The notes under the pieces are model-generated. The model had not been told where the DNA came from. It saw nothing but the letters and a program-made list of their open reading frames with translations, and made no database searches. Below are positions 25,501-34,958 of a stretch of DNA of 64,000 nucleotides, piece by piece (the stretch's first letter is position 1; each line of letters starts with the position of its first letter). A program made the position numbers and the translations under genes. Source of the DNA: Candidatus Parcubacteria bacterium (GTDB lineage: Bacteria > Patescibacteriota > Minisyncoccia > UBA6257 > 2-01-FULL-56-20); the NCBI GenBank assembly GCA_027355945.1, contig DAIEHA010000004.1, positions 4,449 through 68,448 of the forward strand, read 5' to 3'.

Positions 25501-28500
25501 ATGGGTTCCCCTGATACTACACGCAGGAGGAGATTGTTCGATGTGGGAGCATCCCGTTCGCGGGGCCGTCGCAGTTTTCTGTATGGACGCAATGCCTTGA
25601 ACCTCAGGCCTCATTTTCGCGTACGCCATCCTTGGATAACAGTGCTCGGTGCGGTGGCGATCATCGGCATCGTGTTCGTGGGTGTGCGCCAATTCTCCAC
25701 CCGCGCGGAGGTGAATGATTTCTATCCGACGACCTGTCTCGGCGACTGGCAGAATCCTTCGAATGCGGCGAATCAACCCGAAACGATGGGCGTCCCGGGA
25801 GTTCCCTTCACCTCACAGAATTCCGCGGTATTCACCGCGTCAGGGACGCAGATCTTCTGTGGCGGTTTCGTCCCCCCCGGGTTTTCGAGTTCGGGGACCA
25901 TCACGAACGTCGGCCTTACGCTTGTGTGGCAGGTGGGCAATGGCACGGTCGCCCCTCCTCCGGGAAGCAGCGCATCTCCCGCGACGAGCACGATCGATGC
26001 GGGCCCGTCGACCTCGGCAGGGAGCTCCGCAGTCACGAACGCCTCCTCATCATCGGATCGCACACCTGTTCCTGCATCGTCATCGTCCACCGCGTCTTCA
26101 TCGACGGCGTCCCTTCCCTCCTCGAGCTCCACTGCAGCCCATGCAGCGGGAGCCCCCTCACCCAAGGACGCAGCGCCGGCGGCTTCATCGACATCCACCA
26201 CCTCCTCCACAACGACAGAGTCTCCCGCTCCCGCTTCACTATCGACATCCTCCAATCCTTCAACCTCGTCTGCTGCAGTTGTCAGTTCCGCACCCGCAGC
26301 CTCATCCTCCGCCCCTGCCCCTGCCCCTGCCCCCACCTCCACTCCTACTCCTGCCCCCGCCCCTCCTCCCGCCCCCGCTTCCACTTCCCCTCCTACTCCC
26401 GCCCCTTCATCTGCCGCTCTTCCGGCAGCGACCTCAAGTCCTTCGGCATTCGCTGCGATCAAAGACCTTCTTTCATATTTTGTGCCGCCCGCGTTCGCTG
26501 ACGGAACGACCTCGCCTTCGGCAGCTGGCACGAACGACAGTTCGACCATCGTCATTGGATCGCCGATCGTCGCATCGCGCGCCTCCACGTCGTCGACCCC
26601 GATCGCATCATCCACCGCATCCACCACGGCAGAGATGGCGCCCGTAGCGTCGACACCCGACGAGAATTTCCTTCAGATAAGTTACAGCACCGATGGCACG
26701 ACCTGGATCCCCATCCAGAAAGTGAACGAAGCAAACTGGAAGGATCTTACGATCACCATTCCGGTGAATGACTGGGTCGACCTTTCCAAGCTTCAGGTCC
26801 GCATCGCCTCCATCCAAACCTCCCTGCAGGTGGTCCCCCCCGTCTATCTGGATGGCATGATGGTGGAGGTGCACTATCTTGTGGGACCCATGGAGAACGG
26901 GGGAGGCGCCTCCCCCTCGGGGAACGTTCCCGCAGGATCGCCTTCGGCGGCTCCCGTCGTCGTGACGCACGCAACGCTCGCTCCCGTGAACGGAAAGACG
27001 AATTTCGGCGCCGATGAGGCTCCTACGTTCGAATATAATCTGAACAACCTTCCCGCATCCGCACCCACCTCGGGGCCGCCGCAATCGTTCAATGACCGGC
27101 GCGGAGGCGGAACGCTGTCGTGGCGGGATTTTTTTTATTCATTACTTGGCGGACTGGGGGTCCGGGCCGATGCGCAGACCATTTCGGTCCCGACGCCCAC
27201 GCCCGGCAATCCCGTCGTGGCGGAGATCGATGATCCCTCCGGGAGGCCGACCGGGTTCCAGCCGGTCATTGCGACCGTCAACAACCAGTTGAACGTTGGA
27301 CTTCCGGAACCTGCGACCGCGTTCCGTCCCGGCCGCTATACCCTCAAGCTCTGGATCCTCCATAATGGCATCGTCTATGCCACTGAGAACACGTTCACCT
27401 GGGGAGTGCTCGCCGTGAACTTCGATAAATCCTTGTATGCCTTGGATGATACGGCGCACATAGGATTCGGCGTGCTCGATGACGCAGGGAACACCCTCTG
27501 CGGCGCACCCATCTCGATGACCGTGACCGATCCCGGAGGTGTGGTGCATCAGTTCTCCACTGCAAACGGGAGCATCGTACAGAACCCCACATGCGGACCT
27601 GCAACAGTGACGAACGCACCGGATTATGCCGCTTCCATGGCGCTTCGCGTCGTCGGTACCTATCAGGTTTCGGTCACCGCACTCACCCCGGACGGCACGC
27701 GCACGGTGAACGACCAATTCGGCGTGCAGGATCCGCCGCTTTTCGATGTGACGAGGAACGCACCGACCCGCATCTACCCTCCCGTCCCTTACGGTGTCTC
27801 GATCACCGTGGAGGCGAACGCGGATTATCACGGCGCGATCACCGAGACGGTGCCGGCGTCCTTCGGGATCACGGGCGGGAACTTTTCCTCGCAATCATCC
27901 AATGGCACGAATGCCATCCTCTCATGGACCGTGAAACTCAACAAAGGCGATGCGATGACCCTTCGCTATGCTTTTAAAGCTCCCAACGTAAGCCCCGAGC
28001 TCTATAAGCTCGGACCGCTGCAGATCGGGACATGGACCGAGACGCGCCAGTGGCAGATCGCCGCGGATGCCATCGCGACGAAACAGATATTCCTCACAGA
28101 CACCGCATCCACGACCTGGACCGTGCCTTCCGACTGGAACAGCGCCTCGAACACCATCGAAGTGATCGGCGGCGGCGCGGGAGGCGGCGTAGGAGGCACC
28201 GCCCAGGGCGCGGGCGGCGGAGGTGGCGGAGGCGGCGCATATGCAAAAATAACCAATTTCGCCGCGGCAGGAGGGGCTTCGGTCAAGATCCAGATCGGGG
28301 CGGCGGGAGGGTCTGCGGCCAACGGGACTGTCACCTATCTTGGGTGGAACGGTTCCGGTGCCACGACGACTTGCAGCGCGACGACCATGGCCGTATGTTC
28401 CATGTTCGGAAGTGCCGGCGGTTCTGCGGTGGGCACTACTGCGGGGACTGCAGGAACGGGCGGACTCACCACCGGAAGTACGGGTTCTTCGACGTATGCC

Positions 28501-30840
28501 GGCGGTTCCGGAGGGGTAGGAGGGGGTACAGGAGCTTCGAACTCCGGCGCCGGAGGAGGAGGCGGTGGTGGCGCGGGGTTGAATGCGGCCGGGACGGCGG
28601 GAAGCGCTGGGGTCACTACGGCCGGCGGCGCAGGCGGTCAGGGTGATGGCACGTTCGGCGGCGTAGGCGGCCCGGCCGGCACGGCGGGAAGCAATGGCAC
28701 GGAGTGGAGCACTTCGCCTGCATATGGCTCTGGAGGAGGCGGCGGAGGGGCTGCGGGCGGTGGGCACGCCAGCGCAGGCGTCGCAGGAAGCCCCGGCGGT
28801 ACGTATGGCTCTGGAGGAGGAGGCGGTTCAGGCGTGGGAAAGGGGGGGAGCGGAAGCGGGGGCGCCGGGGGCGCCGGTACCCAGGGCATCATCATCATCA
28901 CCTACACCCAGGCAGGCGTTCTCATCGGCGACGGAACGTCTCCGGCGCCGTTCACGATCGCCCCGGGGGCGAATGCGACGACGAGCGATGCGTTCACCTT
29001 CGCAACGAACGTCGGCACGACCACGATCACGAGCGTCACAACGACGCTCTCCGCCGTCACGGGCGTGGGCCTTGTGGAGATCGCGAACAGCAACGGCACC
29101 ACGATCTACGGATCGAGCACGAACCTCGTTGCGACGACCACCGCCTTCGCGAGCACCACGTTCACCATTCCCGTGAGCGGTATGAATCTAAGCACGACCA
29201 CCACGACCTTTACGGTCCTTGTGCAGCCGAAGAACGCGACCTCAATGCCTGCGATACCGGGAGGCACCTATATCGTGACGTCCACGGTGACCGGATGGAT
29301 CGACAGCAAAGGGCTCGCGACCGGAGGCGCGAACACCACATCGTCCATCATCACGATCGACAACCAGTCTCCGGGTGACGTGATGAATCCGAGCATCGTT
29401 GCAGGGAACGGGAGCGCTACGCTCAACTGGATAAATCCTTCCGATGCCGATTTTGCAGGTGTTGTCGTGCTCAGATCGACCTCTTCGATCCAGGCGGTAT
29501 CGATGGTCACCTATCCGGGGACCGGCCTAGGGCCGATGGGCATCGCCTTCGACGGCACCAACATGTGGACCGCGAACTATTCGAGCAGCAGCGTCACGAA
29601 AGTGACCCCCACTGGAGGCATGACGACGTATGCGGGGACCGGCGCAGGGCCGAAAGCGATCGTATTCGATCATACCAACATGTGGACCGCGAACTATGGA
29701 AGCAATAGCGTCACCGAAATAAGTCCCACGGGGACGATGACGACGTATCCGGGAACCGGCATAGGGCCGCAAGGCATCGCCTTCGACGGCACCAATATAT
29801 GGACCGCGAACGTCATGAGCAACAGCGTCACGAAGATAGGCATGACGAGCGTCGTTCCCAATCGCCCCGTCGAAGGGACTTCCTACTCACCGGGTCAGAC
29901 CATCGGATCCTCGGTGGTCGCATGCGTGACCACGAATGCGACGAGCAGCTGCTTTGATACGGGACTCACGAACGGAACGAAGTATTATTACGAGATATTC
30001 GCATTCGATACCCATGGTAACTATTCGCTAGGGACGGTTCCTCCCGGAAGTCCGGTCACGCCCTCAAGCGGAGGGGTCCCGGTCGTTTCCAATGTCGTCA
30101 TGAACGGGGGCAGTGCCATCACGCTCGTACCGAATTCCACGCAAAGCGTTTCGGTCACCGCATCCACGACCGATTCCGCGGGTCCCGCGGACATCCTGTA
30201 TGCCACATCCACCATCTACCGTTCGGGCGTCGGTGCGAACTGCGCGGCAAGCAGCCTCGATTGCTATACGCTCGCGAGTTCGAGCTGCGCATTCTCCGGA
30301 TCGAGCTCCACGGTCACCTGCACCGCGAATATCGCCTACATCGCCCAGCCGACCGATACTTCCACGTATGCCGGCCAATCATGGATGGCTGCCGTCACCG
30401 TTGCGGGGGGAGGTGGCCAAGGGAATGCCGCGACCGCATCGGGGGTCACGCTCAATACGCTGCTCGCCCTCAATGTGACGACGTCGTCCGTGAATTACGG
30501 TCTTGTTGCGGCGAACGGCGCGTCCGGTAACCAGACGACCACGATCCAGAACGTGGGCAACGCCCCGATCTCCCTCGCTCTCTCCGGGACGAGCCCCGCA
30601 CTTTCCGGGAATCCCTCCATCACCATCCCCGTGACGGCCGAACAGTATTCCACGACGACCTTCGCATGGGGTGCTGCGGCGCAGCTCGGCATCTCGACCT
30701 CCACCGTGCCCGGTTTCTCGCTTTCCGCACCCACATCCACGACCTCCACCGTGCAGGGGAACATCTATTGGGCGATCGGAGGGTTCATCGCTCCCACGGG
30801 AACCTATACCGGCACCATTTCCTTCACTGCGTCGCCCTAG
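25501..30840 (+). CDS. Giant (1779 aa) cell-surface protein: N-terminal TM anchor, mucin-like S/T/P/A tract, Gly_rich-like domain, three NHL/Vgb-lyase-like beta-propeller blade repeats, FN3/Ig-like segments
   Basis: Single uninterrupted frame. TM WITVLGAVAIIGIVFVGV; ~250 aa of S/T/A/P low complexity; TWTVPSDW…VIGGGAGGGVGG…GGGGGGGAYAKI…GTQGIIIITY matches the glycine-rich-protein domain pattern; three 39-aa tandem blades TY(P/A)GTG.GP.(G/A)I.FD.TN(M/I)WTAN…. Confidence 0.8.
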   Translation: MGSPDTTRRRRLFDVGASRSRGRRSFLYGRNALNLRPHFRVRHPWITVLGAVAIIGIVFVGVRQFSTRAEVNDFYPTTCLGDWQNPSNAANQPETMGVPGVPFTSQNSAVFTASGTQIFCGGFVPPGFSSSGTITNVGLTLVWQVGNGTVAPPPGSSASPATSTIDAGPSTSAGSSAVTNASSSSDRTPVPASSSSTASSSTASLPSSSSTAAHAAGAPSPKDAAPAASSTSTTSSTTTESPAPASLSTSSNPSTSSAAVVSSAPAASSSAPAPAPAPTSTPTPAPAPPPAPASTSPPTPAPSSAALPAATSSPSAFAAIKDLLSYFVPPAFADGTTSPSAAGTNDSSTIVIGSPIVASRASTSSTPIASSTASTTAEMAPVASTPDENFLQISYSTDGTTWIPIQKVNEANWKDLTITIPVNDWVDLSKLQVRIASIQTSLQVVPPVYLDGMMVEVHYLVGPMENGGGASPSGNVPAGSPSAAPVVVTHATLAPVNGKTNFGADEAPTFEYNLNNLPASAPTSGPPQSFNDRRGGGTLSWRDFFYSLLGGLGVRADAQTISVPTPTPGNPVVAEIDDPSGRPTGFQPVIATVNNQLNVGLPEPATAFRPGRYTLKLWILHNGIVYATENTFTWGVLAVNFDKSLYALDDTAHIGFGVLDDAGNTLCGAPISMTVTDPGGVVHQFSTANGSIVQNPTCGPATVTNAPDYAASMALRVVGTYQVSVTALTPDGTRTVNDQFGVQDPPLFDVTRNAPTRIYPPVPYGVSITVEANADYHGAITETVPASFGITGGNFSSQSSNGTNAILSWTVKLNKGDAMTLRYAFKAPNVSPELYKLGPLQIGTWTETRQWQIAADAIATKQIFLTDTASTTWTVPSDWNSASNTIEVIGGGAGGGVGGTAQGAGGGGGGGGAYAKITNFAAAGGASVKIQIGAAGGSAANGTVTYLGWNGSGATTTCSATTMAVCSMFGSAGGSAVGTTAGTAGTGGLTTGSTGSSTYAGGSGGVGGGTGASNSGAGGGGGGGAGLNAAGTAGSAGVTTAGGAGGQGDGTFGGVGGPAGTAGSNGTEWSTSPAYGSGGGGGGAAGGGHASAGVAGSPGGTYGSGGGGGSGVGKGGSGSGGAGGAGTQGIIIITYTQAGVLIGDGTSPAPFTIAPGANATTSDAFTFATNVGTTTITSVTTTLSAVTGVGLVEIANSNGTTIYGSSTNLVATTTAFASTTFTIPVSGMNLSTTTTTFTVLVQPKNATSMPAIPGGTYIVTSTVTGWIDSKGLATGGANTTSSIITIDNQSPGDVMNPSIVAGNGSATLNWINPSDADFAGVVVLRSTSSIQAVSMVTYPGTGLGPMGIAFDGTNMWTANYSSSSVTKVTPTGGMTTYAGTGAGPKAIVFDHTNMWTANYGSNSVTEISPTGTMTTYPGTGIGPQGIAFDGTNIWTANVMSNSVTKIGMTSVVPNRPVEGTSYSPGQTIGSSVVACVTTNATSSCFDTGLTNGTKYYYEIFAFDTHGNYSLGTVPPGSPVTPSSGGVPVVSNVVMNGGSAITLVPNSTQSVSVTASTTDSAGPADILYATSTIYRSGVGANCAASSLDCYTLASSSCAFSGSSSTVTCTANIAYIAQPTDTSTYAGQSWMAAVTVAGGGGQGNAATASGVTLNTLLALNVTTSSVNYGLVAANGASGNQTTTIQNVGNAPISLALSGTSPALSGNPSITIPVTAEQYSTTTFAWGAAAQLGISTSTVPGFSLSAPTSTTSTVQGNIYWAIGGFIAPTGTYTGTISFTASP
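29509..29860 (+). repeat. 117-bp x3 tandem repeat (~80% nt identity) encoding three beta-propeller-blade-like units of the giant protein
   Basis: accggcctagggccgatgggcatcgccttcgacggcaccaacatgtggaccgcgaac… recurs at ~29509, ~29626 and ~29743. Confidence 0.7.
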
Positions 30841-30916
30841 CAAGCGTCGAAGTTATCCACAATGAATTGGCGTCCATGTCTGATATAATGAATGCAAGCT
30901 AACACAACACTATTTT

Positions 30917-31879
30917 ATGGACGCACGGAGCATCGAAAGACGCAGAGTAATCGGAACGGCCATTGCGGTGGTCCTCATTTCCGCAGGGATAGGATTTTTC
31001 GGCCATGTGGTCTTTGGCGCGAACGTATCGAGTTCCGTCGTCGTCACGGCAACCGCGCCCACGATGGGTACGGTGACGGTGAACGGAGGGAATAACATCA
31101 CGCTGAGCCCTGGCGGTACCGTGACGGTGCCCGTAACGGCCCAGGTGAACGACTATAACGGGTGTGCCGATTTCTCTTCCGGGACCACCACGGTCGCCCT
31201 GTGGTATTCCGTGGCGGGATCCTCCACGTGCATTTCCGGCGGCACGCCGGGGAATGAGAACACGTGCTATGTCGCCGCGGCGTTCACCACATCGACCTGT
31301 TCCGGTTCCATCGCGAACACGACGACGACCTTCAATATGCAATATTTTGCGAAGGCGACCGATGCTTCTTCGAGCGTACCGAGCTCGAATTGGCGCGCCA
31401 CCGTGATCTTCAAAGCGCCCTCCGGTTCGACCACGAGCGCTGATTCCGCATCCGGGACCACACCCGACGTGCTCACGCTCCTTGCATTCAATCTTTCGAC
31501 GAGCACGATCAATTACGGGAACGTGGGTGCCGGAGGGAACACCGCATCCCTCGACCCGACCGTGAACGTCCAGAATTACGGCAATTCCACCGATGGATCG
31601 TACCTTTACGGCACCGCAATGTTGAATGCCGCATCGAGCACGCTTTCCATGCCGACGTCCTCCCAGCTTTATGCGACATCCACATTCAATGCCGGCTCTG
31701 CGGGAACGCCCCTTTCGGACGTGGCGACCACGCAGATCTCGGGATTTTCCCTCACTGCGCCTACGACGATCTCCATTGTAAGCAGCTCCGTGTATTGGGG
31801 CCTCAGCGTCCCGGGTGGGACACCGACGGGGACCTACAACGCAACAAACACCTTTAGCGCCCTCTTCGTTTCATCGTAA
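30917..31879 (+). CDS. Membrane-anchored S/T-rich surface protein, hypothetical (Ig-like)
   Basis: N-terminal TM RRRVIGTAIAVVLISAGIGFF; T/S/N-rich beta-rich body; TATAAT at 30884-30889. Confidence 0.65.
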   Translation: MDARSIERRRVIGTAIAVVLISAGIGFFGHVVFGANVSSSVVVTATAPTMGTVTVNGGNNITLSPGGTVTVPVTAQVNDYNGCADFSSGTTTVALWYSVAGSSTCISGGTPGNENTCYVAAAFTTSTCSGSIANTTTTFNMQYFAKATDASSSVPSSNWRATVIFKAPSGSTTSADSASGTTPDVLTLLAFNLSTSTINYGNVGAGGNTASLDPTVNVQNYGNSTDGSYLYGTAMLNAASSTLSMPTSSQLYATSTFNAGSAGTPLSDVATTQISGFSLTAPTTISIVSSSVYWGLSVPGGTPTGTYNATNTFSALFVSS

Positions 31880-31949
31880 TGACCGGTCGCCGGACCTTGT
31901 CCTTGGCGCTCGGAGGGGATACTATGTCGAAGACCCTCACACTCGCACG

Positions 31950-32870
31950 ATGAAACGTTCTCTTTATCCCATTCTCATACCCGCCCTCCTCCTCGCAATT
32001 GCAGGAGGGTTTTTCCTTTCCGCGCCGCACGCCGAGGCCGCCTTCGGCATCTCGCCGCCGTTCATCAATGCGTCCCATCTCGTTCCCGGTATCACCTATT
32101 CGCAGACCCTCTATCTCGTCCGCGATGATGCTTCCGCGAGCCTTCCCGTCACGGAGTCGCTGACCGTCCCGCAGGCGGTGCAAGGATGGGTCTCCCTCGA
32201 TCAACCCACCAATTTCACGATCCCCACCGATACCCGCCAGTTTCCCGTCACGGTGACCATCAAAGTGCCTTCCGGTGCGGCGGACGGGACCTATAACGGC
32301 AATCTTTCCTTTACGACGATGCCGAATCAGAACGGGGAGGTCTCCGTGGCGCTCGGGGTGAACGTGATCCTCAACCTTACCGTGGGAAGCGATACGTTCG
32401 AACAGTATTCGGTCCCTCTCATCAACATCCTCGATATCGAGGAAGGATGGAATCCCAAGGTCTATGTGAAGTTCGATAACCAGGGAAACGTCGCGGAAGC
32501 GTTCGACGGGGCGACCTTCGAACTCTATGATCAATACGATTCGGTGCGTCTTGCGTACCTGCAGCTCCAGAGCGGTTTTCCCTCGACCCCGCCCTTCACG
32601 ACCAAGGATTATACCGTGGAGTTCCCTTCGGATCTCCATCTCGGCGTGGGGAGCTACTGGGGGAACGTCACGTTCTACAAGAACGGCAATCCTATCGCAA
32701 GCCAGAAAATGGCGTTCCGCGTCCTTCCTGCAGGAACCCTTTCGGGATGGTGGGGCCTTGTATCCTATAAGATCGAGACCAATATATGGAGCATCGTCGC
32801 AGGCCTCATCATCATCATCGCTATAATCTATTTCATTGTCCGTCGCCGACGCCGTACCTATGGGGGGTAG
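31950..32870 (+). CDS. Secreted surface protein with a C-terminal TM anchor and poly-Arg tail, hypothetical
   Basis: ORF track 31815 trimmed to ATG 31950 (MKRSLYPILIPALLLAIAGGFFLSAPHAEA signal). C-terminus WSIVAGLIIIIAIIYFIVRRRRRTYGG. Confidence 0.65.
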   Translation: MKRSLYPILIPALLLAIAGGFFLSAPHAEAAFGISPPFINASHLVPGITYSQTLYLVRDDASASLPVTESLTVPQAVQGWVSLDQPTNFTIPTDTRQFPVTVTIKVPSGAADGTYNGNLSFTTMPNQNGEVSVALGVNVILNLTVGSDTFEQYSVPLINILDIEEGWNPKVYVKFDNQGNVAEAFDGATFELYDQYDSVRLAYLQLQSGFPSTPPFTTKDYTVEFPSDLHLGVGSYWGNVTFYKNGNPIASQKMAFRVLPAGTLSGWWGLVSYKIETNIWSIVAGLIIIIAIIYFIVRRRRRTYGG

Positions 32871-32871
32871 G

Positions 32872-34068
32872 ATGATAAAGGCTGCGGCGTCCGCCATCGC
32901 CGTACTCGCCGTAGCATGGGGATCGTGCGTAGCGTTCGCACCGGATTCCCGTGCGGCATCGGTTGGTGCATCCGTCCGTATCGTGATCTTGCCGAGCGCG
33001 CCAAGCAATCTCACTGCTTCGCCTGCGTCGGGGAGCAGCATCCTTCTTTTATGGACGAACAATGCATCGAACAACACCGGGTTCGCCATAGAGCGGGAAT
33101 CCGGTTCATCCGGCTTCTCGCAGATCGCGACCGTCGGGCCCAGCATCGCCCAATACACCGATAACGGACCGGTTCCCAATGTGGCGTACTCCTATCGGGT
33201 CGCCGCATTCAACAATGACGGGTTCTCGCCTTATAGCAATATCGCCACCGCTACCATCGTGGCGGTCATTCCTCCTTCGGGCGGAGGCGGCGGAGGAGGA
33301 GGGGTGGCAGTGGCCGGTGGCGGGGGATATGCTCCTTCCGCATCCGAGGCACAGGCCTCCTTTGAGGGACTCGCATATCCCATGAGCGCGGTCTCGCTCC
33401 TCGAGAACGGTCAGATCATCGCCACGACGACGGCCGATGCGAATGCGAAATTCTCGTTCTCCGTTGCGAACATCACTCCGGGAGCGAACAATTTCACGGT
33501 GTCCACCGTGGACCCGAACGGCACCCCTTCGCTTCCGCAGACCTTCAGGATCTCGATGACCGCCGGCGCGAATACGATGGTGAGCAGTATCGTATTCCCG
33601 CCGACCATCACCACCGATAGGATCGAGGTCAAGAAGGGCGATCCGGTGATTTTCTCCGGATATGCCCTGCCCGGAAGCAAGGTCACGATCACGGTGCATT
33701 CCGCAGCCATCCTTACCGCCGAAACGTCCTCGGATGCGAATGGCGCATGGACCTATACTTTCGATACGGCAGCGCTTGCGTATGGGGATCATACGGCCAT
33801 TGCATCCGCTGCCACGGATGCGGGTATGGCAATGCTATCCGAACTTCTTGCATTCTCGGTGGGGGATGCGAACGTCGCCGCACCTGCCATCCATCCGGGG
33901 GTGCTGAGGGGCGATCTCAACCATGACGGCAGGGTGAACCTCATCGATTTCTCCATCATGGCCTATTGGTACGGAAAGCCCGATCCTCCCGCCTACGTCG
34001 ATTTCAGCGGGGATGGAAAGGTCGATCTCACCGATTTCAGCATCCTCGCATATTATTGGACCGGCTGA
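32872..34068 (+). CDS. Secreted FN3 + Ig-like protein with a C-terminal dockerin (type I-like) domain
   Basis: ORF track 32836 trimmed to ATG 32872 (MIKAAASAIAVLAVAWGSCVAFA signal). FN3 segment PSNLTASPASGSSILLLWTNNASNNTGFAIER…YSYRVAAFNNDGFSPYS. Duplicated Ca-binding dockerin segments GDLNHDGRVNLIDFSIMAYWYG and VDFSGDGKVDLTDFSILAYYWTG. Confidence 0.75.
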   Translation: MIKAAASAIAVLAVAWGSCVAFAPDSRAASVGASVRIVILPSAPSNLTASPASGSSILLLWTNNASNNTGFAIERESGSSGFSQIATVGPSIAQYTDNGPVPNVAYSYRVAAFNNDGFSPYSNIATATIVAVIPPSGGGGGGGGVAVAGGGGYAPSASEAQASFEGLAYPMSAVSLLENGQIIATTTADANAKFSFSVANITPGANNFTVSTVDPNGTPSLPQTFRISMTAGANTMVSSIVFPPTITTDRIEVKKGDPVIFSGYALPGSKVTITVHSAAILTAETSSDANGAWTYTFDTAALAYGDHTAIASAATDAGMAMLSELLAFSVGDANVAAPAIHPGVLRGDLNHDGRVNLIDFSIMAYWYGKPDPPAYVDFSGDGKVDLTDFSILAYYWTG

Positions 34069-34097
34069 TCCGCGTACGCACGCGGCGCCTTATTCCC

Positions 34098-34958
34098 ATG
34101 ATCCCATATCCCCCCCGCAGGCATCCCTTCATCATTCCCCTCATCGCCATTGGGTGCCTTTTTGCGGCCGCCTCCGCGCATGCCGCGGTGATCGACGTGT
34201 CCTCGGGGACGATCAGCATCGATACCCAGGGACAGTCGGTGAATGCGATCGAGCTTCATCTCTCCTTCGATCCCGGAAGGATCGCCATCACGAGAGTGAG
34301 CGATGGAGGGTCCATTGTGGACTTCTGGATAGAACCGCCCTCCGTGTCGAATGCATCCCACACCATCGATCTTGCCGGCATCATTCCGGGAGGACTTGAG
34401 ACATCGAACGGGAAGATAGCATCGTTCACTGCGGTCCCCGCGGGATCCGGCGGGGGAGCGGTGAGTTTCAGCCTCGTCTCCGCGAAAGTGCTCCTCAACG
34501 ATGGGAAGGGGACCCCTGCCGCGGTCACCGTCGTAAGCGCTCCTTTCGTCCTCCATGCGCAGACCTCTTCGCCGCCCGTTCCGGATACCACCCCGCCCGA
34601 TCCTTTCATCCCTCAGATCGGACGTGATCCCGCCATCTTCGGCGACGCGTGGTTCGTGGCATTCTCAACGACCGATCCCCAGTCGGGCATCAACCATTAT
34701 GAGATCATGGAGGGATCCCATACGGTCTGGCATGTTGCCGTATCGCCGTACCGGCTTTCCGATCAGAGCCTTTCGAGTAATATCTACATCCGCGCAGTGG
34801 ACAACGCCGGAAACTTCCGCGTCGTCGAATTGCCTGCCGCGCATCCGCGTACCGGCACCGCGGCATCCGATCAGATCGTTCTGTTCATCACCGCATGCGT
34901 TATACTATGGATAGGTATATTCGCGATCGTATGGATGTGGACACGAAGAAAGCATTGA
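34098..34958 (+). CDS. Cohesin-like domain protein with a C-terminal TM anchor (paralog of the next gene)
   Basis: ORF track 33966 trimmed to ATG 34098 (MIPYPPRRHPFIIPLIAIGCLFAAASAHA signal). Cohesin-like beta-sandwich pattern …IDLAGIIPGG…GKIASFTAVPAGSGGGAVSFSLVSAKVLLNDGKG…; TPPDPF…RAVDNAGN module; C-terminus LFITACVILWIGIFAIVWMWTRRKH. Confidence 0.65.
   Translation: MIPYPPRRHPFIIPLIAIGCLFAAASAHAAVIDVSSGTISIDTQGQSVNAIELHLSFDPGRIAITRVSDGGSIVDFWIEPPSVSNASHTIDLAGIIPGGLETSNGKIASFTAVPAGSGGGAVSFSLVSAKVLLNDGKGTPAAVTVVSAPFVLHAQTSSPPVPDTTPPDPFIPQIGRDPAIFGDAWFVAFSTTDPQSGINHYEIMEGSHTVWHVAVSPYRLSDQSLSSNIYIRAVDNAGNFRVVELPAAHPRTGTAASDQIVLFITACVILWIGIFAIVWMWTRRKH

Noticed and set aside
25715-28901. Multiple Pro/Arg-rich or Gly-rich overlapping ORFs (e.g. 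25715..26647, 28032..28646, 28704..29378, 27922..28767) inside the giant gene
   Set aside because: They arise from the low-complexity (PA)n/S-T/Gly-rich coding repeats of the 1779-aa ORF, which alone has coherent TM, domain and repeat architecture
33966-34097. N-terminal extension of ORF 33966..34958 (MVRKARSSRLRRF…)
   Set aside because: Arg-rich and overlapping the dockerin gene; the internal ATG 34098 gives a canonical signal peptide
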